Positions 8,854-18,403 of a stretch of DNA of 64,000 nucleotides are shown piece after piece (the stretch's first letter is position 1; each line of letters starts with the position of its first letter). This stretch comes from Nitrospirota bacterium (GTDB lineage: Bacteria > Nitrospirota > UBA9217), in NCBI GenBank assembly GCA_963790205.1, contig CAWBNQ010000001.1, positions 800,001 through 864,000 of the forward strand, read 5' to 3'. The notes under the pieces are model-generated. The model was not told the origin of the DNA and did no database searches. It saw only the letters and a list, made by a program, of their open reading frames with translations. A program made the translations under genes and the position numbers.

Positions 8854-9804
8854 ATGATACGGCTGAAGCGAGCGATCGTTTTCACGCTCACCGCGGCGAT
8901 CGCGGCTGCAATCTCTATAACCTCGTACGCCCATGGCGTCGCGGGACAGCGGTTTTTCCCGACCACCTTTGCCGTGGACGATCCCTTTATTTCCGATGAG
9001 TTTTCCGTGCTCTACAATTCGATAAAGATGAACGACGAGGCAGGGGGGCCGCGGATTCAAACTTCGTCGCTTGACGTGGGATATTCCAAGCGCATCCTGC
9101 CCGACTTCGGCATAGAGGTCGATGAATCTTACCAGCGTCTTCGCACCGATGGAGACGGCACGGTGAGCGGCTTCGGCAATCTCGGGGTGAATGTGAAGTA
9201 CCAGTTCTATACGAGCGCCGAGCATGAGACGATCCTTTCCGCCGGCGTGTCGGATGAGCTCGGCGACACGGGAAACCGCAACGTGGGCTCCGATTCCTTC
9301 TCAACGATATCCCCGGCCTTTTATTTCGGCAAAGGGTTCGGCGACCTGCCGGATTCAGCCGGACTTTTAAGGCCCCTGGCGGTCACCGGGGTCCTTGGCC
9401 TGAATTTCCCCTCGCGTCCTCAAACCGTAACGGTGAACGATCAGACGGGCGAACTCGACACAGCACGCAACCCGACAACACTCACGTGGGCGTTCACTAT
9501 CCAGTACAGCCTCATGTATCTCCAGTCGGCGGTGAAGGACGTGGGGCTCGGCGTTCCGTTCAACCGGATGGTCGCGGTCATCGAGTTTCCCATGGAGACC
9601 TGCCTGAACGGGAACTGTAAACATCAGACGACCGGCACCGTAAACCCGGGGATCGCGTGGATCGGCAAATATACGGAGCTGGGCCTTGCCGCGGAGGTCC
9701 CCATGAACCCGCGGTCCGGAGCAGGTACAGGGATCTTCGTCCTTTTTCATCTTTTCATCGATGATCTCTTTCCGAAAAGCATAGGGAGACCGGTATTTCC
9801 GTGA
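8854..9804 (+). CDS. Exported protein, probable outer-membrane beta-barrel linked to copCD
   Basis: Signal peptide ending AHG, alternating beta-strand pattern, translationally coupled to copC; ATG 8854 after GGAGG. Confidence 0.6.
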   Translation: MIRLKRAIVFTLTAAIAAAISITSYAHGVAGQRFFPTTFAVDDPFISDEFSVLYNSIKMNDEAGGPRIQTSSLDVGYSKRILPDFGIEVDESYQRLRTDGDGTVSGFGNLGVNVKYQFYTSAEHETILSAGVSDELGDTGNRNVGSDSFSTISPAFYFGKGFGDLPDSAGLLRPLAVTGVLGLNFPSRPQTVTVNDQTGELDTARNPTTLTWAFTIQYSLMYLQSAVKDVGLGVPFNRMVAVIEFPMETCLNGNCKHQTTGTVNPGIAWIGKYTELGLAAEVPMNPRSGAGTGIFVLFHLFIDDLFPKSIGRPVFP

Positions 9805-10187
9805 AAAAAACCGCACGATCTTCTGATGTCGGAGCAGCGGCCGCGATCTTGGTCGCGGTGTTTCTCTTCATCATGCCTGCCGCCGCTCAGGGCCACGCAT
9901 ACCCCGACCATGCCGACCCGAAAGTGGGCTCGACCATCTCCGTCGCTCCGACCCAGGTCCGCATCTGGTTCGACAGCGACCTAGAGCCGGTTTTTTCCTC
10001 GATCATGGTTCACACCGCTGACGGCAGGATGGTGGACAAAGGAGACGGGGGCGTGGCTGCGTCCGACCCGACGCTTCTTGAGGTGAGCGTGCCACCCCTG
10101 CCACCGGGCAAATATATCGTCATCTGGAGCGTCGTTGCACGGGACGGGCACCGCACTTCGGGAGACTATACGTTCACGATCAAATGA
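9801..10187 (+). CDS. copC: Copper-binding protein CopC
   Basis: Signal peptide then mature N-terminal His (HAY); C-terminal WSVVARDGH...GDYTF. Confidence 0.9.
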   Translation: MKKTARSSDVGAAAAILVAVFLFIMPAAAQGHAYPDHADPKVGSTISVAPTQVRIWFDSDLEPVFSSIMVHTADGRMVDKGDGGVAASDPTLLEVSVPPLPPGKYIVIWSVVARDGHRTSGDYTFTIK

Positions 10188-10203
10188 GGAGAATCCGGCC
10201 GGC

Positions 10204-12021
10204 ATGAACCTTATTCTTCATATTATCCCGTCGTGGCTGGAGCTCGTGTTCCTGGCCTATTGTATCGGCGCTCTTGCCTGCCGTCTCTGGGTCTTCCCGG
10301 CTTCGGCAAATATGGCTCAGTCCGAACAGGGACAGGTCGGCGACCGCGTGTGGCTTGCCCTTGCCGTCGGTATTGTCCTGACCCTTGCAAGCGGCGCCGT
10401 CAACCTGTTGGTGCGCACGGCAGAGATGAGCGTCAGCCCCCTTTGGGAGGCTTTTTCTTCGCTTCCCGCAGTCGTTTTGAAGACACACTTCGGAGAGGTC
10501 TGGCTCATCCGCATTACGGGTCTTGTCCTCGTGCTGGCGGTCGCATGGGCGGGGAGGACATACCGTGATTCACGATTGATCCTGTATTTTCTCCTCGGCA
10601 TCGGAGCGATCGTCGCCATGACCGAAAGCGCTTCGGGGCACGCCGCGGATGCGGGCGATTTCAGCCTGAATGAAATCGTGGATTGGCTCCATCTTTTTGC
10701 AGCGTCGGTCTGGGGAGGGGGCCTTTTCGTCCTGTCGGCAACGGTTCTTCCTCTTCTCGCCCGGGGGGGGGCTGAGGGAGCGCGTTCGATCGCCGGTGTT
10801 GCCGCGCGTTTTTCCCGGATGGCGGGCATTGCGGTCGGGACAATCGCCCTGACGGCCCTGTACAACGCATGGGTGTACGCGGGCAGCGTGAATGCGCTTC
10901 TCAGAACGCCTTACGGCAGAACGATCATCGTCAAGCTCGTTCTCTTTATCGCCCTTCTTATTCTTGCCGCGTATAACCGCTATGTCCGGGTCCCGCGTTT
11001 ACTGGAACTGGCGAACATGCCGACGCCGCGCAGGAATGTTCCCGGCGGCCTTCTCGCGCCTCTTCTGGCCCCTTTCGTACGCGATGCGGCCGGAGACGCG
11101 GACGTCGCGCGCTTCGCGCGGAGCCTGCGGGTTGAGGCGCTTCTTATAGCCGGCGTGTTCTTTTGCGCCGCTCTCCTCCGCCATGAGGTTCCGGCAAAGC
11201 ATTTTTTACACCTGGAACATGCGGGGGTGCACGCCGACCATGGGCGCATGCACCATGCAGTCCCGGGAGCGGAGCCGGTGATACATCTTGAGACGGACCC
11301 GGCAACGATCATTGCCGGAACGCCGGCAACGCTCACGGTCCGCATTGAAGACGGGAACGGCAGGCCGCTCCAGGGACTGGCCGTCCACCACGAGCGGATC
11401 CTCCATGTCGTCATTATCGGCGAGGACCTGAACGTCTTTGCGCACATTCACCCGGAGGATATCGGCCCGGTCACCACTGCGATGGTGAAGAAGGCGACAT
11501 TCCCGGTGCGGTATGTATTTCCGAAGGCGGGGCGATATCTGATCGGTTTTGACTTCGCCGCATCCGATGCTCTCTACAGCAAACAGGTCGTGCTCACCGT
11601 CTCCGGCGGGCCGCGTATGGGGAGGCAGAAGGTCGATCTCTCGCGGTCGAAGAATTTCGGCCATTATCGGGTCACCCTTTCGACGTCACCAGAAGGCATC
11701 AAGGCGGGAGAGGAGACGGTACTCGCGTATCGCATCGAAAAGGACGGAATGCCGGTGACGGACCTTCAGCCCTATCTGGGCGCCCCGATGCACCTCTCCG
11801 TCGTTCGCGCCGACCTCGCGCAGTTCATGCACATCCACGGGGTCCTGCCGGGTGAGGCTCAAGCCCATGAAGACCATATGCACGCCATGCCTCCCGAAAG
11901 GTTCGGGCCTGAGATCGATGCCGATGTCGTCTTCCCCTCGAAGGGCATCTACAAGATCTTCGGCCAGGTACAACACAAGGGCAAGGTCCTGCTCTTCGAT
12001 TTCATGGTGGAAGTGCAGTAG
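10204..12021 (+). CDS. copD: CopD-family copper transporter fused to a His-rich linker and tandem metal-binding domains
   Basis: SGHAA, WLHL..ASVWGGG, RFS, YG..IIVK; C-terminal half has two LH.V....DL..F.H.H repeats. Confidence 0.8.
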   Translation: MNLILHIIPSWLELVFLAYCIGALACRLWVFPASANMAQSEQGQVGDRVWLALAVGIVLTLASGAVNLLVRTAEMSVSPLWEAFSSLPAVVLKTHFGEVWLIRITGLVLVLAVAWAGRTYRDSRLILYFLLGIGAIVAMTESASGHAADAGDFSLNEIVDWLHLFAASVWGGGLFVLSATVLPLLARGGAEGARSIAGVAARFSRMAGIAVGTIALTALYNAWVYAGSVNALLRTPYGRTIIVKLVLFIALLILAAYNRYVRVPRLLELANMPTPRRNVPGGLLAPLLAPFVRDAAGDADVARFARSLRVEALLIAGVFFCAALLRHEVPAKHFLHLEHAGVHADHGRMHHAVPGAEPVIHLETDPATIIAGTPATLTVRIEDGNGRPLQGLAVHHERILHVVIIGEDLNVFAHIHPEDIGPVTTAMVKKATFPVRYVFPKAGRYLIGFDFAASDALYSKQVVLTVSGGPRMGRQKVDLSRSKNFGHYRVTLSTSPEGIKAGEETVLAYRIEKDGMPVTDLQPYLGAPMHLSVVRADLAQFMHIHGVLPGEAQAHEDHMHAMPPERFGPEIDADVVFPSKGIYKIFGQVQHKGKVLLFDFMVEVQ

Positions 12022-12128
12022 CTGCCGCTTTATTTCATTCCTGCCGTATAACTTACCTGTTCAAATATGATTCCCTTTAGAAACGTTGAAATGCGGGTTG
12101 TGATTGTTTTAAAAAACGGACTGTGCAT

Positions 12129-13022
12129 TTAAGATGTGTGAGTAGGTCTTAAACCTCCTCCCGGGAGAAGCTTGGCTGCCAACCAGCCTGTCGCGTAGAG
12201 TACGCCGAGAAGGGTAACATCCGTCGGGCCGACCGGTAAGTCCCATTGATATGCCATCCAGAAGCCGAAAAACGCGGCCGCGCCGCCGACCAAAGAGGCG
12301 AGCACCGTGAACTGGCGCATGGTGCGCGCGTACTGATGCGCAGTCAGTGCGGGAATCAGCAAGAATCCGAATGCGATGAGCGGGCCCACACTGAGCACTG
12401 CCGTTGAGACGGTTAATCCAATCAGTAAGTAGAGCAAAATATCCCAGAAAATGACATTTTTGCGAAGAATAATTCCCATATCGCGGTCGAACGAGACAAG
12501 GAGCAACTCCTTGTGGAACAGCCCCAGTGCCGCGAGAACGAGCGTAAGCGTCGCCGCCGTCAGCACGAGATCGAAATTGGAGATGGTGATGACCTCCCCT
12601 TTCAGCATATCGAGCCAGCCGATTTCACCGTAAGGGTTTTTTGACAGCACTAAGATGCTGAGCGCGGCGGCCACGACGTAAGCGGTGCCGAGCCGGCCTT
12701 CAGGTTGCCCGCGCCCGCGTCGTTCCAGGAATGCCAGGACCAGGATCGCGACCAGCGAGAATGTTATTGAGCCGGCAAAGGCGAGCGCGTGCGCGCTGTG
12801 TGAGCCGTACTCGGTCAGTTTGAATCCGAGCCACAGAGGAAGCGAGAGCGCGATAGCAACGCCGGTCGAGGAAATCTGAGGCAACGCCACCCCCATGAAC
12901 ACCAGCCGACGCATCACGAGAAACACGCCTACGAGCGGGCAAGCGAAGCCGACGAGCACGCTGGTGTACAGCGAGTTACGGAGAAGAAAATCAAAAGAGA
13001 GAATCTGATGAAGCGTTTCCAT
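12129..13022 (-). CDS. Zn/Mn ABC transporter permease (ZnuB/MntB-like)
   Basis: GVFLVMRRLVF.G.AL, SFD, LLIPA.TA, DLP.GP; ABC-3 family pattern. Confidence 0.88.
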   Translation of the reverse strand: METLHQILSFDFLLRNSLYTSVLVGFACPLVGVFLVMRRLVFMGVALPQISSTGVAIALSLPLWLGFKLTEYGSHSAHALAFAGSITFSLVAILVLAFLERRGRGQPEGRLGTAYVVAAALSILVLSKNPYGEIGWLDMLKGEVITISNFDLVLTAATLTLVLAALGLFHKELLLVSFDRDMGIILRKNVIFWDILLYLLIGLTVSTAVLSVGPLIAFGFLLIPALTAHQYARTMRQFTVLASLVGGAAAFFGFWMAYQWDLPVGPTDVTLLGVLYATGWLAAKLLPGGGLRPTHTS

Positions 13023-13023
13023 G

Positions 13024-13737
13024 TCAGCCCATCCCTATTTCGAATATTTCCGCCATTCGTTCGACGGTGAGCAGTTCGTCGGCCGCCCCGTGGAAAACCT
13101 TGCCCTCGTGCAGCCAGATGACTTTCTCAGCATAGTGGCGGACGGCTGAAAAGTCGTGCGTAACGAGCAGGACCGTGATTTTTCTTTCCTTGCCGATGTG
13201 CGAAATGAACTCCAGCACGGCGGTCGTTGCCTCGCGGTCTACTCCCGCCGTGGGTTCGTCCAGCACCAGGACGTCGGGTCGCGTGGCCAGGGCGCGCGCG
13301 ATGAGCACGCGTTGCTTCTGGCCGCCGGAGAGCTCGGCAAAGCGCTTGTGGGAAAAATCCTCCGCGCCCGCTGCGTGCAGACATTCGCGCGTGAAGGCTC
13401 GTTCGACCGGTGGGATAAGACGTCCCGGGCGTATGCGGCCATAAACGCCCATAAGCGCAACATCGAACCCTGTGAGCAGATACACTGGGTCGAACTGGTT
13501 GGATTGAGGGACATAGCCGAATGTGAGCGGTGCACCTGCCGACGCGGTATCGATGCGGCCCGAGACCGGCGGCAACAGTCCAAGCAGTGTTTTGAGCAGG
13601 GTCGATTTTCCCGAACCGTTGGCCCCGAGGATAGCGGTGAAGCTTGCCCGGGAAATGGAGAGCGTAAGTCCGGACAGTACCGGCTGACCGTTGTAGCCTA
13701 TACTCAGATTTTCCAGTGTGATCAGTGGTTCATTCAT
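13024..13737 (-). CDS. Zn/Mn ABC transporter ATPase (ZnuC-like)
   Basis: Walker A GANGSGKS, GYVPQ, LSGGQKQR, LDEPT, VTHD. Confidence 0.92.
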   Translation of the reverse strand: MNEPLITLENLSIGYNGQPVLSGLTLSISRASFTAILGANGSGKSTLLKTLLGLLPPVSGRIDTASAGAPLTFGYVPQSNQFDPVYLLTGFDVALMGVYGRIRPGRLIPPVERAFTRECLHAAGAEDFSHKRFAELSGGQKQRVLIARALATRPDVLVLDEPTAGVDREATTAVLEFISHIGKERKITVLLVTHDFSAVRHYAEKVIWLHEGKVFHGAADELLTVERMAEIFEIGMG

Positions 13738-13790
13738 CGTCTGTTATGTGGGTGTCCGCCCGGGGACCGGGCGGACACTTTCTCCCTATT

Positions 13791-14723
13791 TTATTTCCTT
13801 GCCTGCACGGCAGTTACCATCGTATGAACGATATAATCCATCATTTTAATGTACGTATCCGTATTGGGCACGCCGCCCGGCATGATCGGCAGAGTGATCA
13901 TGGTCGCGCCGGTCTGTTCGGCGATGATTTTCGGCACCTTTTCGGGAAACTGCGGCTCGCGCACGACGATGGGGACCCGTTCGGCCTTCATCCGGGTGAT
14001 CAGGTCCTCAATGTGGCGCGGCGTCGGATCGATGCCGGGTCTCAGTTCTATCGTGCCGACATAGTCCATGCCGAAGCGCGCCGCAAAGTAAGGCCAGTGC
14101 TCATGATAGGACACGAACTTCACTCCCTTGAGCGGCTTGGCTTCCTTCTCCCACTCGGCTATCTTGGTGTTGAGCCTGGCGAGATACGCATCGCGGTTGC
14201 GCGTGAATTCCGCCTGATACTGGGGGGCAAAGGCCACCAGGGCGTTGTAGATGTTCGCAAGCGCGGTCTTTGCCAATACCGGATCGAGCATGTAATGCGG
14301 GTTGCCGTAGGGGTGCACGTCGCCCGCAGCGTGTCCGGTTGATTTGGGCACATCGCGCGGGATGATGCCTTGCGAGCAGTCCACGTAGCCGGACCTGTTT
14401 ACCTGAATGCGGGGATTCTTGCTGGCTTCAATCAGCGCGGGCAGAAATGCATGCTCGCAATCCAGCCCCACCAGGACCAGCAGATCGGCCCGGTTCAAGA
14501 TCGGCACGAAGCTCGGTTTCATCGGCACCCCGTGCGTGTCTTCGACGCCGGTGGCCAGGCTGTGGACCTCGACCAGGTCCCCGCCCACGGCGCGTGCCAG
14601 GTCCGCGAGGTCGGTAAGCGTCGTGACAATCCGGATTTTGGCGGCATGGGCGGGCGTCGCCCACCCGCACAACGCCCCGAAGAGCGCGCTTATCGATAGT
14701 ACAATGAATAATTTGGATTTCAT
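13791..14723 (-). CDS. Zn/Mn ABC substrate-binding protein (ZnuA/TroA-like)
   Basis: Signal peptide, DTH, GDVHPYGNPHY, YH.. and ELRPG ligands; ATG 14723 after AGGAGA. Confidence 0.88.
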   Translation of the reverse strand: MKSKLFIVLSISALFGALCGWATPAHAAKIRIVTTLTDLADLARAVGGDLVEVHSLATGVEDTHGVPMKPSFVPILNRADLLVLVGLDCEHAFLPALIEASKNPRIQVNRSGYVDCSQGIIPRDVPKSTGHAAGDVHPYGNPHYMLDPVLAKTALANIYNALVAFAPQYQAEFTRNRDAYLARLNTKIAEWEKEAKPLKGVKFVSYHEHWPYFAARFGMDYVGTIELRPGIDPTPRHIEDLITRMKAERVPIVVREPQFPEKVPKIIAEQTGATMITLPIMPGGVPNTDTYIKMMDYIVHTMVTAVQARK

Positions 14724-14745
14724 AGTATATTTCTCCTTTCCAGAG

Positions 14746-16155
14746 TTAACGCTGCTGCCACCCATGCGAGTGCGCGCCGATGATCCACGCCCATTGCAGA
14801 TAAACAGCATTATCAGAGCGCAGGCCGGATTCAGCGTTGGGTTTGGTGTACGTATATTGAAGGCGCAGCTGATTCCAGTGACTGAGTGCCCATGTCATAT
14901 TCGCAGAGTACGCCGAGGTTTTGGCTTGCTTGTTCACCATGTCCTCCAGCGCTTCATATTGGACTCCGTTTGACCATTGTCGGTGCCACTTGTAAATGAG
15001 ATAGGAGTACATGCCATAGGAGCTGACAGATTGTCGGGATACAGGTCCGCCTGAAGGGCCCACGTCGTATCGGTTGTCGCTGTGGAGCACTTCCGTGCCC
15101 CACGTGATGGTCTGGAACTGATTGTTGCGAAGAGGCTTCCAGCTCAGCACCAGGTCCGCTCCCACGAGGCGCCGCTCGCGTTCGGTCAACGTGCTGCCGC
15201 CTACGGTTGGAAACAATGGATTAGCAGGGTCGGGCGCCCACTGCGCAGTCGTCTTCGGGTTCCACAGGCCAGAAATGCCGGGTTCGAGCGAAATATCCGG
15301 CGTCAGGTCGAAATACGTGGACAAGCGGCCCCAATAGTTCAATCCACTCCCCTGACGGAAATCTCCGGCGAAGTTCGGGGGGTTATCACCGCCGAACTGA
15401 TCACCCGCGCCGAGCGTCAGGCTGATGTAGTGCTCGACCGGCACGAGCCAATTAACCTGCAACCCGTCCGTCCTCGACTCGCCGCCGATGTATTGCGCGA
15501 GTACGAGCGGTCGATTCACAAAGGGCAGCTCATGATCGTGGATGTAGCCCAGGCGACCGAATTCGCCGAAGAACCGTCCCGCCTTCACCTCCAGGTTCCC
15601 CGGCAGTGCCGTTGTCTGGATCGCGGCCTCTTCGATTCCCCAGCTCTCTTCGCCGGTGACCGGGTCGGCTGAACCGTTGACCACCACATAGCCCTTCGTG
15701 AACGGGTCCACTGACGCGGCTGCGTTCAGCTCCACCGAACGTTGAAATATATCATACCCCCCGGGACGGTCGCTGCCCGTCTCCGCGGACCCTTTACTGC
15801 GATAGGAGAAGATCGTCTCACCCACGAGCCCGATGGCCGGGTTGAACTCGCTCGGCAGGACTTTCCTTTGCGCTTCGGCCACTTGATCAACCTTCTCGTT
15901 CAGCTCCTGGACCTTCTGCTGGAGTTCTTGGTCTGTTTGCTGCTGCGTCTGGCCCTGTTGAGGCGCCTGGTCCTTTTGCTTTGAGATATTTTTTTTCAAT
16001 GAATCTATGGTATTTTGTTGTTCTTCAATGGTCTTTGACTGGTTTTGTACCGTGTCTTCAAGCTTCTGGAGCCGCTCCGCCGTATCGTCGGCAAAAACTG
16101 CCCGGCTGAACGAGCAGAAAGTAAGAATGCAGAGGATGCACAATACTCGTTTCAT
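14746..16155 (-). CDS. Outer-membrane porin-like protein of the metal-uptake operon
   Basis: Signal peptide, Gln-rich coiled coil, FNPAI, VDP, H.H motif, C-terminal IGAHSH; first gene of the znu-like operon. Confidence 0.7.
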   Translation of the reverse strand: MKRVLCILCILTFCSFSRAVFADDTAERLQKLEDTVQNQSKTIEEQQNTIDSLKKNISKQKDQAPQQGQTQQQTDQELQQKVQELNEKVDQVAEAQRKVLPSEFNPAIGLVGETIFSYRSKGSAETGSDRPGGYDIFQRSVELNAAASVDPFTKGYVVVNGSADPVTGEESWGIEEAAIQTTALPGNLEVKAGRFFGEFGRLGYIHDHELPFVNRPLVLAQYIGGESRTDGLQVNWLVPVEHYISLTLGAGDQFGGDNPPNFAGDFRQGSGLNYWGRLSTYFDLTPDISLEPGISGLWNPKTTAQWAPDPANPLFPTVGGSTLTERERRLVGADLVLSWKPLRNNQFQTITWGTEVLHSDNRYDVGPSGGPVSRQSVSSYGMYSYLIYKWHRQWSNGVQYEALEDMVNKQAKTSAYSANMTWALSHWNQLRLQYTYTKPNAESGLRSDNAVYLQWAWIIGAHSHGWQQR

Positions 16156-16228
16156 AAGGCCCTCCATGGATGATTGATTATGCGCGTAAATGGATCGAGC
16201 AGGCCCCTTATTGCGTTCGGACGCAATT

Positions 16229-16257
16229 TTTCCGAAATGATATAACTATTACGGAAA
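16229..16257. promoter_or_regulatory. Imperfect palindrome: possible Zur/Fur-like box or leader hairpin
   Basis: TTTCCGAAATGATATAACTATTACGGAAA about 75 nt upstream of the porin start; adjacent hairpin ATTGCGT/ACGCAAT 16210-16227. Confidence 0.3.
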
Positions 16258-16349
16258 GATTAAGAAGGAGCTTCCCCTCACGATCAAGCGAAGATCGATA
16301 GGGAAGTCCCGCTCTTACCATTAGATTGTGAGCTGCAATTTGTGGGTAT

Positions 16350-16619
16350 TTACACAGGGGGTGCGCGATTGCGCAGGGAATAGGAAAAGAGATTGCCGGT
16401 AAGGGCCGGAGCGGATGCAATAAAGGTTATTTCGGTAAAACAGGGGACGCCGTCAACGGCAGTGAAAGAGTGGCTGGTTGCGGGCACATGATTAATTGCA
16501 ATACAGATGGGGCAGTCGTGGTCGTCCGCCGTATTTTCATGGTGATGCGATACCACCACGAACGTGGAAGCAAGAAAAATCAGAATGAGAAAAACAGTAA
16601 TGCGTTTGTTCCAGAGCAT
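16350..16619 (-). CDS. DUF2946-like leader protein (signal/TM, HHH, CPIC, C-terminal RAPP)
   Basis: Translation ...SHHHENTADDHDCPIC...SLRNRAPPV; own promoter. Confidence 0.8.
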   Translation of the reverse strand: MLWNKRITVFLILIFLASTFVVVSHHHENTADDHDCPICIAINHVPATSHSFTAVDGVPCFTEITFIASAPALTGNLFSYSLRNRAPPV

Positions 16620-16642
16620 GGAGCCCCTTTCGCTTGATAATG

Positions 16643-16671
16643 AGTCTAAACTATGCCGATGAATTTGTCAA
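16643..16671 (-). promoter_or_regulatory. sigma70 promoter
   Basis: TTGACA-17-TAGACT on minus strand. Confidence 0.7.
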
Positions 16672-16782
16672 GATTTTGTATCCGGAGTGCTTCCGAACAT
16701 GTCATCCTGGGGGTTTTGAAGTGAATCGCTGGAATTAATAGTGCGGAAATGGTGATTAAAAAATAGGGTTTGCGTCCAGACA

Positions 16783-17718
16783 CTAGTTCAGGTAGCGAAC
16801 CGGATTAACAGGCAGGCCGTTGAGCCGGACCTCGTAATGCACATGAGGCCCGGTACTCGACCCGGTATTCCCGGAATACGAGATTATGTCGCCACGCTTC
16901 ACGTGCTGTCCCGGTTTGACGTTTAACCGGGAATTGTGGCCGAAAACGGTCTTAAGACCGTATCCGTGGCTGAGCTCGACCACGTTGCCGTAGCCGGATT
17001 CGAAACCCGCTTTGATAACCACCCCGTCGGCGGGTGCGAGCACGGGGGTGCCGATTTGGGCCGCAATGTCGATGCCCTCATGAAATTGTAACTTGCCGTT
17101 GATCGGAGATATCCTGCTGCCGAACGGAGAAGTGACCCATCCTCGGACCGGCCAGACCGCGGGAGTCGAAGCATAGAGCGAACGTTTGTCCTCAAAGTAT
17201 TCGATCAGGGTCTGCAGGCTCGTCTCCTGCTTCGAAGCCGCCCCCTGGAGCTGAGTCAATTCCTGATGCATTTCCTTGAGCGCCTCGTCCTGTTTCTTTT
17301 CACCGATTGCGGCAAGGTTCTGAAGCCCGAGTTCATCCCGGCCCCCGATACCGAGGAGCAGCTGCGGCTTATCGCGGGGCCTGAGATTTACGGCCCGCCG
17401 CAGCTTCGTGTCCAGGTCGCGGATCAGGAACATCTGGCGTTTATAATCGATCAGGTTGAGGGCGAAGTTCTGGACCCGGGCCTTCTGCTGCATGAGTTCC
17501 TCGCTCATGGACTGCAGTTCAGATACTTTCTCTTGGACGTCATTATATTCATAAAGAAGATAGACTGAAAGGACAAGTGCTCCGGCAAGAAAGAGAAGGG
17601 CAGACTTAATCACTGATTTGGAAATGCTCAGGGTCCTGACGCGCGCATTGGGACCGGGAAGGAACATAAAAGTAACATATTCTTTTTTTCTAACATTTCT
17701 TGAATTCCTACCCCGCAT
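16783..17718 (-). CDS. M23 family Zn metallo-endopeptidase with TM and coiled coil
   Basis: HEGID (HxxxD), GYG, GPHVHYEV (HxH); ATG 17718 after GGAGGA. Confidence 0.92.
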   Translation of the reverse strand: MRGRNSRNVRKKEYVTFMFLPGPNARVRTLSISKSVIKSALLFLAGALVLSVYLLYEYNDVQEKVSELQSMSEELMQQKARVQNFALNLIDYKRQMFLIRDLDTKLRRAVNLRPRDKPQLLLGIGGRDELGLQNLAAIGEKKQDEALKEMHQELTQLQGAASKQETSLQTLIEYFEDKRSLYASTPAVWPVRGWVTSPFGSRISPINGKLQFHEGIDIAAQIGTPVLAPADGVVIKAGFESGYGNVVELSHGYGLKTVFGHNSRLNVKPGQHVKRGDIISYSGNTGSSTGPHVHYEVRLNGLPVNPVRYLN

Positions 17719-17964
17719 GCTTCCTCCTAAAGCAAACAACCGGTTAATGATTTGTTCCCCATCGTGTTATCAACGACATGAACCTAGTCTCCTTAAACAG
17801 AGCTTCTCATTTGCCGGCGCTCTTTAGCTTTTCGCACTGAAGAGAGACCGTTTACGCTTCTTCAACTGCAATGGACGCTATGATTTCTTCCCGGCCGAGC
17901 GAAGAGCGATAGGGAAGTCCAGCTCTTACCACATTAGATTGCAAGACGCAAATGTGGCGGGCGA

Positions 17965-18234
17965 TTACACAGGGGGAGCGTGATTGCGCAGGGAGTAGAA
18001 AAAGAGATTACCGGTAAATACAGGCGAGAGAGCGGCAACTGTTGCTTGCGTGAAACCGGGGACGTTATCAAAAACGGCCGCCCACTGGCTGGTTGCGGGC
18101 AGATGATCAATTGCAACACAGATGGGACAGCCGTGGCTGTCAGCCGTATTTTCATGGTGGTGCGATACAGCCATGAACGTGGAAACAAGGAGAATCAGTA
18201 TTAGGAATGTGGAAATTCGACAACGGCTGATCAT
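17965..18234 (-). CDS. Second DUF2946-like leader protein (paralog; C-terminal HAPP)
   Basis: ...SHHHENTADSHGCPIC...SLRNHAPPV; same length (89 aa) as 16350-16619. Confidence 0.8.
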   Translation of the reverse strand: MISRCRISTFLILILLVSTFMAVSHHHENTADSHGCPICVAIDHLPATSQWAAVFDNVPGFTQATVAALSPVFTGNLFFYSLRNHAPPV

Positions 18235-18257
18235 AGTTTTCCTTTCACCCAAAACAA

Positions 18258-18286
18258 AGATTACTTCTTGTAGTTGAATTTGTCAA
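18258..18286 (-). promoter_or_regulatory. sigma70 promoter
   Basis: TTGACA-17-TAATCT; shares TTGACAAATTCA with the 16643-16671 promoter. Confidence 0.65.
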
Positions 18287-18403
18287 GAAGTTGTTTAAAA
18301 AATGCCGTCAGAAGACAAGCATTGTCGGTGTTTCAAATGCCGGACAACGCAAAATTATAACTTTACGTTGACACCCACATGAAGCGGCACTTATATTGCC
18401 GGT

